DNA of 36,810 nucleotides from the NCBI RefSeq assembly GCF_025526975.1, contig NW_026515698.1, forward strand, positions 310,001-346,810, read 5' to 3'. Shown piece by piece: positions 14,646 through 24,545 of the stretch. The DNA is from Fimicolochytrium jonesii. Taxonomy: Eukaryota. The notes beneath the pieces are model-generated. The model did not search any database. It saw nothing but the letters and a program-made list of their open reading frames with translations, and was not told the origin of the DNA. Made by a program: the position numbers and the translations under genes. Within the stretch, counting starts at the first letter, position 1, and each line of letters begins with the position of its first letter.

Positions 14646-17600
14646 CTACGGTGGGCCAAACTCGTAGATCGAATACTTGCGGTCGAGGCCCGATGAGGTC
14701 CTCCCAGGGATTCTCGTATCCTTGAACCCTCGGGGGCGTAGGAACTTGAGGTTGGCTACGATGTTCTTGGTATAATTTGCTTGACCCAACCAGTCCTTCC
14801 AAAGACGGTATGACCAGTGTGTACTGAAGCTCTGGTCCAGATATCCGCCGAAGAGGGTCTTGAAAGAGTGCGCGCCGGCTTTGGGATGGAGGGTAGGGTC
14901 TGCGGCGGTGACTAGACCCCCATTCGGAAAAGCAGATTCTAGCCATTTTTTCATTGGCCAAATTCCATCTTCAGGTTTGACGGGCAGAGCAAACTCGCCA
15001 GCCTTCTTTGGAGTCAATGGGCTCCGGAATGGATCCCTTCCCCGTGCTGGTGGCGGCTGTGCGATGGGAGCCGGTGGTGCCGAGGCAGGTTGTCCCGGGG
15101 CATGTGTAGATGGCGCCGTTCCCGTAGTTTGAATTCTGGTCCCAAGGGAGAAGAGGGAGGGTGGGATCTTTGTCGGTGGTGGGAGCAGCGATTTTCCAGG
15201 CACAAACGGCTGGCGCGGCAAGCCAGAAGGACCGGCGGCGGCAGAGGTACTGCTGGAAGATGGCGCAGGTATAATGACTGGTCGCGGCAAGCGAGACGGA
15301 CCGGCGGTGGCAGAGGTACTCCTGGAAGAAGCTTTTCGCTCCTGGGTGGCCAAGCGCAAGGCCCTTGTTGCGTCCGGTTCCCCTATGTGATGGAGGTTTG
15401 CATATGGGATGAGTGTTCGAATCCGCTTCTGACCTTTGGTGAGATAGGCCCCGGTTTCGTCCGTCAGACCGATTCCGTCCTCCATAAACTGGATGTAGCG
15501 CCGATCAGTTTCCAAGACTGTGCCGAGCCGTGTTGTCACTCGAAGATGAATGATGACATACTCATCGTTTTCTGTGTCGTGCCAGAAGAGACAAATTTCA
15601 CCATTCTTTCCACCGACCTTGACCTCTCGTCCATGCCAGCTAGCATGGTACTTTGCCTTATCGATCTTGTGTGGGCCTGTGACGGCCTGTCCCCCCGCAG
15701 CGAGGTAGTCTCGGCGCCGCTTGGATTGGTTTGCGGAGGAGAAGAAATCCTCGGGGAGCCCCGCAACGAGTTGCTTGCTTTTTTCATCAATTGCCTGCTT
15801 GGTAAGCGTTGGATCCGCCATCCACGAGTCGTCAATTGCACCTTCCGGAGCAAATGGGGCAAGAATGTTGCGCAAGGGATGCTTTGCCGGATCCTTGAAT
15901 GTAGCTCTTCGCAGCGCAGAGGTGTAATAGCTAGTTGTCTCTTTCAGACTCAAAGCCCATGCCTTCCAGGTCTTTTCATCAGAGGGATCTTTCATGTGGA
16001 TGGCCAGGTCGGGAATGGCCAACTTCCAAAGCATATCAACTTGGGCCTGACGCGTGACACTGAAGGGAGCCCCTTCTGCAGCTTGCGAGAACTCAATTCG
16101 TTCCCGTGCTCCAGCCCTCAAGCGCTCTCTGGTGACTTTGGACAGAACCCGAGTAGCCGCCCGCATAGTTTCGTTTTCCCAGTACGTTGCCAGCTCGGCT
16201 TTTGCTTGGTCGAGTTTTGCATAGAGATGTTTGACTGATGCACTGAGGCCTGGGTTGGCTCTGTCGTACATTTGGAGCACCGACAAGCAAAGGGTGTCAT
16301 GATCCATGGAACTGTTATTTGCTGCCTGCGTGGCTGCGTCAGCAAACATAAGCGTCACCATCCACGTCAAATCAAAAACGCGTCGGAGCTGTTTTGGTTG
16401 CGAACCGTATTTGTCGCGACCAGGATGGAGGTGAGGGATGACGATTGTACTGAAACCTGCCGGAGGTGATGCCTGTTGGGGATCTGAGAGCCAGGAGCGA
16501 TCGGCGTAATGTTGAAGGCTTGGGACCCCAACAAAGTCCAAGAAGCGCTGAGATGACGGTAGGCCATACGGGTAGTAGAAGTTTGTCATTGCGAAAGCCG
16601 TCACTCGTCGAGAGAAGGTCACGGACACCACAGGCTGTGCCGCCTGCAAGTAAGCCACAAGCTGATTGAGCGCTAACAGCCAGTTTTTATGCTTGAGCCA
16701 CGGATAGAGATCCACAAATGGGAAGCCGATCGTGTCCAATGTAGCCGCATCCCAATCGTCAATTCCGTTTTCCAATGCTTGCAACCTTGCTAGAAAGTCG
16801 GCAGTGAGGTATCCTGCCCGCGAGCCACCTTTTAGGAATGTTTTGGCTCCCAGATAGTCTTCTCGTGTGATATCTTTCCCAATCAACACCAATACGGTGT
16901 GTCCGTTGACTGTATATGGGAGTGCTTGCTTCAGCAAAGCATTCAAAAGGTCATCGGTAAATGGCCGTACGGCGGTCCCAGTATCGACAGGGTTCTGATC
17001 TGCGATTGTCGCCATCTCATCTCTCCAGCCGATGATGGCCTGTTTCTTCCCGCTTCCGCATGGTGTAGCAAAAGCACGGAACCTCTGGAAGAAATCCGTT
17101 TTCAAAGCTACAAATGTTGCTACATCCGAACTGTCTGGCGTGTAGGACGAGTAGAATCCCCCAGGCTGCCGGTTGAGCAGGGTTGAGCGGTTGAAAAACG
17201 CAATGACGCTCCTCTCGCGATCGTCTCGGGAATACTCAGAGACATACTCATCCAAGCGACCACGCGGAAATTCATAAGTCTTGCCGGCAGCGTAGGTGTC
17301 TGGGCACACCTCTTCGAGAGCGTTGAGAAACTCATTCAACAAACCGCTCTTCCGCCCAACTTGATCTGCCACAAAGCGCTCATGTGGCGTAACGGGGGCT
17401 GTGCACTTGCCCACGTAGCGCACAGAAAGCACCTTTTCCTTCTTGCCCCCATCGAGTTCCACCTCCAACACTTGTACATCCTCGTCTTCATCGGTCTTTC
17501 GCTTGGATCCTGCGGCGGTAGTACCAGCACTGCTGGAGGTTCCGATCCCGGCTGGTGACAATGCCACAACGGGCCGCTTCTCCTCTAGCAACACTTTGGT

Positions 17601-17804
17601 CATCCACTCAAATGCCTCAGGGATGTTCAGATCTTGTTCCTCCCAATTCAGAAGAATCTGCTTCAAATCTCTGACGGACAGCGCCCAGCTCCGCACATAG
17701 AACAACTCCACGCCGTCCACAACATCCAAAGCATCTGTATTATCGTCGGCTGTCGACTCGCGGAGGTTCAGGGCGGCCACCATGTCGGCGTCAGTTACTG
17801 ACAT
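14646..17804 (-). CDS. Intronless 1052-aa protein: putative GIY-YIG-like nuclease domain, UDG-superfamily-like domain, helical region and Pro-rich tail
   Basis: Uninterrupted 3.16-kb ORF. GIY-YIG-like residues: LFY36, Y130VG, R143, E197, LLN211RQPGG. UDG-like blocks: VLVLIGKDITREDYLGAKTF..SRAGYL, YLQAAQPVVSVTFS, IVIPHLHPG. The ORF is certain; the domain calls are inferred from motifs. Confidence 0.6.
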   Translation of the reverse strand: MSVTDADMVAALNLRESTADDNTDALDVVDGVELFYVRSWALSVRDLKQILLNWEEQDLNIPEAFEWMTKVLLEEKRPVVALSPAGIGTSSSAGTTAAGSKRKTDEDEDVQVLEVELDGGKKEKVLSVRYVGKCTAPVTPHERFVADQVGRKSGLLNEFLNALEEVCPDTYAAGKTYEFPRGRLDEYVSEYSRDDRERSVIAFFNRSTLLNRQPGGFYSSYTPDSSDVATFVALKTDFFQRFRAFATPCGSGKKQAIIGWRDEMATIADQNPVDTGTAVRPFTDDLLNALLKQALPYTVNGHTVLVLIGKDITREDYLGAKTFLKGGSRAGYLTADFLARLQALENGIDDWDAATLDTIGFPFVDLYPWLKHKNWLLALNQLVAYLQAAQPVVSVTFSRRVTAFAMTNFYYPYGLPSSQRFLDFVGVPSLQHYADRSWLSDPQQASPPAGFSTIVIPHLHPGRDKYGSQPKQLRRVFDLTWMVTLMFADAATQAANNSSMDHDTLCLSVLQMYDRANPGLSASVKHLYAKLDQAKAELATYWENETMRAATRVLSKVTRERLRAGARERIEFSQAAEGAPFSVTRQAQVDMLWKLAIPDLAIHMKDPSDEKTWKAWALSLKETTSYYTSALRRATFKDPAKHPLRNILAPFAPEGAIDDSWMADPTLTKQAIDEKSKQLVAGLPEDFFSSANQSKRRRDYLAAGGQAVTGPHKIDKAKYHASWHGREVKVGGKNGEICLFWHDTENDEYVIIHLRVTTRLGTVLETDRRYIQFMEDGIGLTDETGAYLTKGQKRIRTLIPYANLHHIGEPDATRALRLATQERKASSRSTSATAGPSRLPRPVIIPAPSSSSTSAAAGPSGLPRQPFVPGKSLLPPPTKIPPSLFSLGTRIQTTGTAPSTHAPGQPASAPPAPIAQPPPARGRDPFRSPLTPKKAGEFALPVKPEDGIWPMKKWLESAFPNGGLVTAADPTLHPKAGAHSFKTLFGGYLDQSFSTHWSYRLWKDWLGQANYTKNIVANLKFLRPRGFKDTRIPGRTSSGLDRKYSIYEFGPP

Positions 17805-18164
17805 GTGGTGCCGAATGAGGTCCTCGAACGTCCCGAGAATTCCCTGCCAGCTTTCGAGCCAGGGGTGAGGAACTGGGTGAGGCTGGCATTGAGATGTGAT
17901 GTATCAAGGTTGTCATCCTTCATGCGCTGTATAATGGTATTATGGATATCTTTTGCCAGAGTTTCGGGTGCCTTGTCGGCGGGGAACTCGTGGTGCTGCA
18001 GCGATTTGGAGGCCCGCTGAGCTGAGAGGAACGGTGAGCGCCGACCGTGCTGCAGCGACCAGGACTGCTGCAATGCCTTTGTTTGTTGCATGGCGTCTTC
18101 TTCGAAAGATGGTGTGCCGTGCTGCGCCGTCATACATACTGTACTACAAGGCCAGCCACGGCGG

Positions 18165-18604
18165 CGTTGCCGCCTCTAACGTCCAGAAGGCAGGTCCAGG
18201 GCTGGCCAGAAGTGCAGTACCAGATATTCGGTGCATTTTTGACGTGACGGTCTGGCCAGATGGTCTGGTTAGAAGTGTATAAAAATCAGATTCTTCTGGT
18301 TCATTTGCAGCCGTGGAGTGTTGCGTCCACATGCGCGTCGCGACGTTTGGTGTCGGGCACTTTCTCATTCATTGTCTGGCCAGGGCTGGCCAGAAGTGCG
18401 GTACCTGACATTCGGTACATATGGATGGGAGATGTGCGTTGGGAAGGAAGGGGAAGAAAGGCACAGTACGGTGGCCAGCACTGGCCGCGGGTTGGCTCTG
18501 GCGAACTTAACTAGAGCCTGCGAATATCCGGTACCGCACTTCTGGCCGGTACCGCACGGTGCCCTGGACCTGCACTTAGAGCCTTCTGGACCTTAGAGGC
18601 AACG
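18165..18604. repeat. Fold-back / MITE-like imperfect inverted repeat with an internal third copy
   Basis: 18165-18230 (CGTTGC..CCTCTAACGTCCAGAAGGCAGGTCCAGGGCTGGCCAGAAGTGCAGTACCAGATATTCG) is inverted, with indels, at 18521-18604. A direct partial copy lies at 18380-18416. Confidence 0.75.
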
Positions 18605-18817
18605 GAAGGCAGGTCCAGAACAAAGGCTCTAAGCCCGCCGGTGAAGGCTCCAAGTCCGGCCTTACACCCATCACGCCCGGCCTGTTGTAAGACGCGCGGC
18701 CTAAGGAACCTTCCTCCCCGACCCCCTTCCATGGGGCAACCGACATCATCACTAGCAGGCACGCAAAAGGCACACGCGTAGATCGGTACGATGTATATGA
18801 TGAAGTCTTATAAAGGG

Positions 18818-18888
18818 GCCAAAGTGGTATAGTGGCAGCACATCACGTTGTGGCCGTGAGGACGGCGGTTCGATTCCGCCCTTTGGCA
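18818..18888 (+). tRNA. tRNA-His (GUG)
   Basis: Acceptor stem GCCAAAG/CTTTGGC, anticodon arm TCACG-TT-GTG-GC-CGTGA, T arm GGCGG-TTCGATT-CCGCC, discriminator A, no encoded CCA. Confidence 0.96.
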
Positions 18889-18895
18889 ATCCATC

Positions 18896-18902
18896 TTTTT
18901 TT
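18896..18902 (+). terminator. RNA polymerase III terminator (T7) of tRNA-His
   Basis: Run of 7 T starting 8 nt after the tRNA 3' end. Confidence 0.85.
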
Positions 18903-19355
18903 GCTTGTTCCCCGAGTCCTACCTCTTAGCTGCGCAAACACGCCGGAACTAATTGATGATTGCGACTGACCATCACGGTGCCACCCTCTCGCCCCGTCTT
19001 TCCCACCGATATCCACACCCCTCGGTGGCCCAACAGGCTCAGCATAGGCTCAGCACCTCGAAACAGAGGTATTGCTCCTCCCTCCGAGGACCCCCCTAGG
19101 ACTCGCCTCCCAGGACCTGCTGTGCGTTGGTCTCGCCGGCGTCTTTCCAAGGGTTGGGACTTGCGGTACAGCATCATCGCCGTCGCAGAGGGTGCCCCGG
19201 TCATTGCCGCCCGAACAAACTCATAAGTACTACCAATATACCCAATATAACGCCCGCTGCTCCCTCTGTCTCCTGGAGAGGTTTCCCCACAACACTCCAC
19301 TTCCTGGTCCCTCAACACGGTTTCAGTTCCACACTCATTAGGGCCCATATCGATA

Positions 19356-21411
19356 ATGCTCTTCAAACCTTCTTCATGGAAGTTCCGGAAGGACAAGTCC
19401 TCCTCTTCGCCAACCAACACCACCGCACCGAGCGCAGAACCCGGCGATGAAACCGAATATACCTTTAACTCTCGGAGCAGCAGCTCCTTGAGCCTGCACG
19501 TGAACGCTAGCGCCCACGATCTTCACCGCTTCGGAACGTCCAGTCCCCACGGAAGTCATAGCCACAGTCATAGTCCAAGTCATAGTCAGAGCTCTAGCCA
19601 AAATTCGAGTCCAAGCAGCAGTCAAACCACTAGTCGTAACAACAGCTGGCTTACGCGGAAGTCAAACAAGACCGCCGAAAAGGCAAATAACTCCAACAAT
19701 GTATCTTCGGAATCATCTGCTGCCCCGCCGCCACCGACTATCGCTTCGTCTCTGTCCCACCGAATACGCAGGAGAAAGGACAAAACCCCCAAACAGATCG
19801 ACCCTTTCACGATTCCCCATTTCCCGATGCATTCTGAGTACTCGGTGACATTAAAGCAAGAGGCTGTCGCAGCAGCGGCAGCAACGGCTGCCATGTCCGC
19901 TTCCGCTTCTGTCCCGTCTCTCGATCATGGGGCGTACTACCGAAACCTAAATTCCCGCGCCCGCCACCACCATTATCACCATTTTCCGCACCTATACCTA
20001 TATGAAGATGACGAACACGACGCAGCGAGTTTCATCAGTGCGACTGATTCCGCCTGCGGCGTAGACGAAGTCGTGTTGGAAAAATTGGATTTCTTGGCAA
20101 ACCTCCCCTTCGAAATCTCCTTGCAAATCTTGTCCCACATCGAATCTCCGACGGAGCTTGCAAAGCTGGCTCAAGTGTGTAAATTCTGGGCGCAGCTGGC
20201 GAGAGATGATCAGCTCTGGAAGCCTCTTTTCACGCACAGTTGGGGGTGGAAATCGCAACGAGCAGTCTTATCTCGCATTCGAGAGCGACGCGCACTCCAA
20301 AATAATAACGATCGGCGGGCGACCAATAGCACCTTCCGTGCCATATCGGCAGCCTCGACCCCAGCATGGCATACGCTCTACAAAAACAAACACATCCTCG
20401 AATGCAACTGGAGGGACGGTGGGGTGATGGCTCGTTACATCAATGGTCACTCAGATTCGGTTTACTGCATTCAATTCGACAAGTCGCGCATACTGTCCGG
20501 ATCCCGCGATCGCACGGTGAAATTCTGGGATTACGATCATCAGTCTCAAACCTGTGTCCGTACTCTATCCGGCCATGCGGGGTCGGTTCTCTGCCTGCAA
20601 TACGATGATACATACGTGATTACGGGGTCATCAGACGCCACGATCATCGTCTGGTCCTCGCAGACAGGAGAACGGATCGCCACATTGAGCGCCCACTCTT
20701 CTCCGGTACTCGATATCCGATTCAACAAAACCCATCTCGTGTCGTGTTCCAAAGACTGTACGGTCAAAATCTGGTCGTTGAAAACCTTTGAGCTCGAGCA
20801 CAACTTGTATGGCCATCAAGCCGCCGTCAATGCCATTCATCTGCACGGCTCCACCATCGTTTCGGCCTCAGGAGACAATCACATCATGATGTGGGATTTA
20901 CACACTGGCGCACTTCTCCGTGATCTCGAAGGCCATACGCGAGGCTTAGCCTGCGTTCAGTTCGATGGTGAAACAATCATATCTGGATCCAACGATCGAA
21001 CCATCCGTGTGTGGGACGCAAAGACAGGGCAATGCACGATGGTGTTGGAGGGCCATACGAACCTTGTCCGGACCCTCTGTTTCGACGACAAGAGGATTGT
21101 CAGTGGCAGCTATGATCAGACGATCAAGGTGTGGGATCGAAAAAGCGGCGAGATGTTGTTGGATCTAAAGGAGGCTCATTCCAGCTGGGTGTTCTCCGTG
21201 GGATTGGACGGCGGGAAGATTATCAGTGCTAGTCAGGTATGTTGCCTCGTCTTTGCAAACAGCGGTGTGTCATCGATGGTAACTCATCTGCTACGGTTTG
21301 CAGGATCGAAAGATTGTCATCTGGGACTTCACATCGGGCGTGTCCAATCTCGATTACTTGGTTGGCGATGCCGACAACTTGGCAACACCCTCACCTCATA
21401 CCCGGCCATAA
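19356..21411 (+). CDS. F-box/WD40 SCF substrate adaptor (beta-TrCP/FWD-1/Pof11-like)
   Basis: F-box LDFLANLPFEISLQILSHI..LAQVCKFW, followed by seven WD40 repeats beginning GHSDSVYCIQFD..LSGSRDRTVKFWD. Intron 21237-21303 restores SASQ|DRKIVIWDF. Stop TAA at 21409-21411. Confidence 0.92.
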
Positions 21412-22485
21412 CACGGTCTAAGCGACTGGACGATGCGGCTCCGAGCTGCTCAGTTGCACATGCCTTCCATTTTCTCCCTGTTGGATACTACTTCCGCCCG
21501 AAGCAGCGTATACGCGAGGCTAGCAAGCGTGCTATGAATTGTTTATGGGCGGAACTTTGTAAATTGCGATTTTGATCCTGTAACATATACGATTATACAT
21601 GAGAGGGTGGCACTACATCCCCAGCGGGCAAACGGCTTTGATTTGAGCTCATAGTTGTGTTGGCATGCAAAGGAGCAACCGAGAAAGATCGTTCTTGCTT
21701 GCCCTATGCTACCAGAATGCACAAAGAGCGTACAATGCAAGTTATGAGCACCGTTGTTTTTTATTTTCATTCAGGAAATCTTGGTATTGCGCTAGCGTAA
21801 GCTGTTTCTGGCATCGCTCTACCTCCATTGCACGAGCAACCTCCTCGCCTGTGGTCGCCGTCAGTTGGCAACGTGCCTGTACAGCATCATATATCCTCTT
21901 TCGCCGTGTATAATGAGTCCGCTCAGTTGTGGCCGCCCACCAGCTGGACCGCCACCCCGCATCCAATGCCCTTACAGACGGCTGCCTCGCCCCGTTCTCA
22001 TCTACCAAGCCCTTGTCGTACTCCTCCCAGACTTGGATGACCGTACCAAGCCGCCGACTCATGATGTACTTTGGGATGTCACCAGCCGCTGATGTCGCTG
22101 ATGGTGTAGGCGGAGGAGTAGGCAAATGCTCTTTGGCGAGGGCTTGGGAAGGCACAGACGTGGCTGGCGTCTTGTGAGGCCAACAGGCGGGAGAGCAAGT
22201 GCTGGCTGTGGCCGTTCCGTTGACCGCAGTTGTTCCAATGCATTTTGAGCCTTCCTCCAGGATGGCGACGTTTGCAAGTCGGTCACCATGCCTTCTATAG
22301 ATCCCATGAAGTCTTCCACATGATCAATGCGCTGACTATGCAAAGCAACGTCGCTACCGACGCCGTTGATGTAACCAGACACAAGCTGCAAAGCCTTGAT
22401 GGTCATAGCGATGCCCTTGCACCCGCGTGTATCGATATCTGCAAACATATGGATGTCAGAGACGTCGGCGATTGTTAAGACAGAC

Positions 22486-22556
22486 AAGCTGAGGTTTAAG
22501 CTGTTTTTCGACGTCCCCATCGGGTTCTCGCTCAAAAACGCGATCATCCTCAGCTT
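22486..22556. repeat. 71-bp nested palindrome, copy A, inside Crypton intron 22586-22439
   Basis: AAGCTGAGG...GTTTTT...AAAAAC...CCTCAGCTT. The outer inverted repeat extends to GACAAGCTGAGG/CCTCAGCTTGTC (22483-22559). Confidence 0.9.
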
Positions 22557-23460
22557 GTCACCAACGAAGGCAATGCACGGACTTACTTGCAGTTACTCGG
22601 TCCTCTGACTCCATGACTCGTTTTGTGAGCGCCGCCATCTGGTGCTGTATACCTTCTTCAACCATTGCCACCTTCGTCAGTATGGAATTGTTAGTTGCTT
22701 TGATCGCGACGGCGACATTTGGCAGCACATGCTCGATAGATGCGATTGTTGGATCTGGTGACGTTTCCTGCGCGGCCTTGACTTTCGCTTGGTATTCGAG
22801 AAAGACAGGATTGGCGAAGACCGGATGGAGCCAGATGGGGTTTGCTGGAAAATGCGATTGAAGTATTGCGGCATCTTGTAGTAGGCTCTTGCGTAACTTG
22901 ACTAGCAGGGTTGCCACGTTCTTGCTGGCAATGCAAGGCAGTGTGCGTTCCTTTTGATCGTGGGCATCGAGTGCTTCTTTAGCCCACGGGAAGATCTGGT
23001 CAACTAGTTCCTGTGGTGGTTCAACTTCCCTCGCCAGAAAATACCCGCCTCCACTTGCAGGCCACTCGCCGATGGCCCGCATCACTTCTTTGGGGACATC
23101 CGTGTCATACCCGAGCCAAAATGCACTACGATTCCAACCTCCCATATTGGTGATCGCGTTTACGTCCGCTCCGTTGCCTCTGGCTTCCTTACTACCGGTA
23201 CCGCGGGTTAAGTGGGTGACCTTGGAAGCGTGAATCCCGACTGCCGCGAAGGCTGCTTTGAACATTTTGTTGTGCGCTTGGTATGGAAAGCGATTGGGAT
23301 CATTTCGCAGGCCCCCATCTTCATCGTCCGACGAGAGAACCTCGCGAGTTCGTTTCCTTCCAGTTTTGGTGATATCCTTTTTCATAATGTACGTGTTGTA
23401 CCTCGATGCCTTGTCAAACAGATCCGGTGGAGTTTCCTAAGAGTTTCCAGAATTAGAAAC

Positions 23461-23531
23461 AAGCTGAGGATAACCTCGGTTTTGGGCGTCCCACAACGGG
23501 GCACGTCCAAAAACGCACTGATCCTCAGCTT
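23461..23531. repeat. 71-bp nested palindrome, copy B, inside Crypton intron 23580-23437 (same orientation as A)
   Basis: Perfect 13-bp terminal inverted repeat ACAAGCTGAGGAT/ATCCTCAGCTTGT and inner GTTTTGG/CCAAAAAC pair. The interior has diverged from A but the length is identical. Confidence 0.9.
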
Positions 23532-23871
23532 GTCCACCTCAAGAGAAAGGTCGACAAGCAACATGCAACATGTTCCTTACCTTGGTTATACGCCATCGGT
23601 AGAAGAGATACACTGCAACATGCGCTATGGCGCAGAATATAACGTTCTTTGCCCGCATGAAACCGATAATGTCCAATCCCCCAAATTGATTTGTTTTCCC
23701 ATGCCGCAATGTGAGCTCGACGCCCCATGCTGGCGTGAGTCCTTCATTACCGTCCAACGGCAGAAAGGCGAAATGGGAGAGTTGTAAACCGTGCATGATT
23801 TGGCCTCGCTGAAAGGTGGCGTGCGTGCGAAAGAATGTTCTCTATGCAAGGTGTACAAGATTCAATGGTGG

Positions 23872-23942
23872 AAGCTGAGGATTATTGCGTTTTTGAGTGA
23901 GAACTTGATGGGGACGTCGAAAAACAGCATAAACCTCAGCTT
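23872..23942. repeat. 71-bp nested palindrome, copy C (inverted relative to A and B), at the upstream limit of Crypton homology
   Basis: Its reverse complement matches copy A at about 65 of 71 positions by eye. On the minus strand it follows GT and forms a GTAAGC donor-like site. Confidence 0.9.
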
Positions 23943-23950
23943 ACCCTCTC

Positions 23951-24393
23951 TCATTCTGTCACGTATGGAAAAGGAGCGCCACCACCGCTGCGGTCCCCCT
24001 TCCCTCCTTTTCCGAGAGCTTTCATCCCCTTCTTGTACTCCCCAAGGTCCGGCGTGTCTTCTCGTCCGCCAAGTTCACCCTCCTCCTAGAAAGTCAGTAT
24101 TGGTATCATGCGATATGAGAAACTTTCTCTTGGCCACTCACCTCGTCCGACAGTTCATTGTCGGTATCGATCTCCCTGCCCTTCCCCTTCCCCCCTTTGG
24201 CAGCCTCCCTCTGTTCCGCAGCCCTCTTATGCGCGCGTTCCCTCTTTGCCTTCACGGCTTCGTCCTCAGCAAGCGTAAGGTCTATCGCCTTCAGCGGCTT
24301 CGACGTCGACGCCGAAGCTTTGGGCTTTGGCTTTGGCCACGACGACGACGACCACAACCTTGTCAACGCCTGTTGGGTCCTCTTCAATTCCAT
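23951..24393 (-). CDS. Small charged, low-complexity protein of unknown function (possibly a 3' gene fragment)
   Basis: ORF 24393-24142 splices through a canonical GTGAGT...CTGAC...TAG intron (24141-24086) in frame to 24085-23951. The frame is open about 25 codons upstream of the ATG. Confidence 0.45.
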
Positions 24394-24545
24394 CAGATGT
24401 TGACGTTTACGGTATTTGGTCCGCTCCGAAGCACTCAGCAGCTTCCGGAAGTACCGGATGTCGGGGATATCTCATCTTCACTTGTATTTCATATTATATC
24501 TCTTTACTTCTACTTGATCCGAGACCCGGGCTGGCCACCCAAGCT

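Larger units (their letters stand above)
21742..23841 (-). mobile_element. CryptonF tyrosine-recombinase gene (NDC10-II-like YR domain + GCR1_C domain); 5' exons missing, one apparent frameshift
   Basis: Exons 23841-23581, 23436-22587 and 22438-21742. Motifs FQRGQ, HGKTNQFG, CAIAHVAVYLFYRW, KVTHLTRG, MGGW...GY and EPPQELVDQIFPW give a complete R-K-HxxR-W-Y set. C-terminal MSRRLGTVIQVWEEYDKG..PSVRALD..W....ERTHYTRRKRI is GCR1_C. The frame changes near 22180-22200. Confidence 0.88.

Noticed and set aside
15090..16238. 382-aa plus-strand ORF (and similar long antisense ORFs over pol, and ORF 23791-24651)
   Set aside because: These overlap better-supported opposite-strand genes and contain no recognisable motifs.
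18817..18817. Genomically encoded G-1 of tRNA-His
   Set aside because: A single G within a GGGG run is uninformative, and discriminator A73 is the normal eukaryotic Thg1-dependent type.
21742..23841. Starship captain (DUF3435) or host NDC10/GCR1 gene
   Set aside because: The GKTNQ/THxxR YR domain fused to GCR1_C, with truncation and a repeat-rich context, fits CryptonF better.
22486..23942. The 71-bp elements as complete introners that create their own introns
   Set aside because: For copies A and B the frame-restoring donors and acceptors lie outside the element. Only C contributes a donor-like site.
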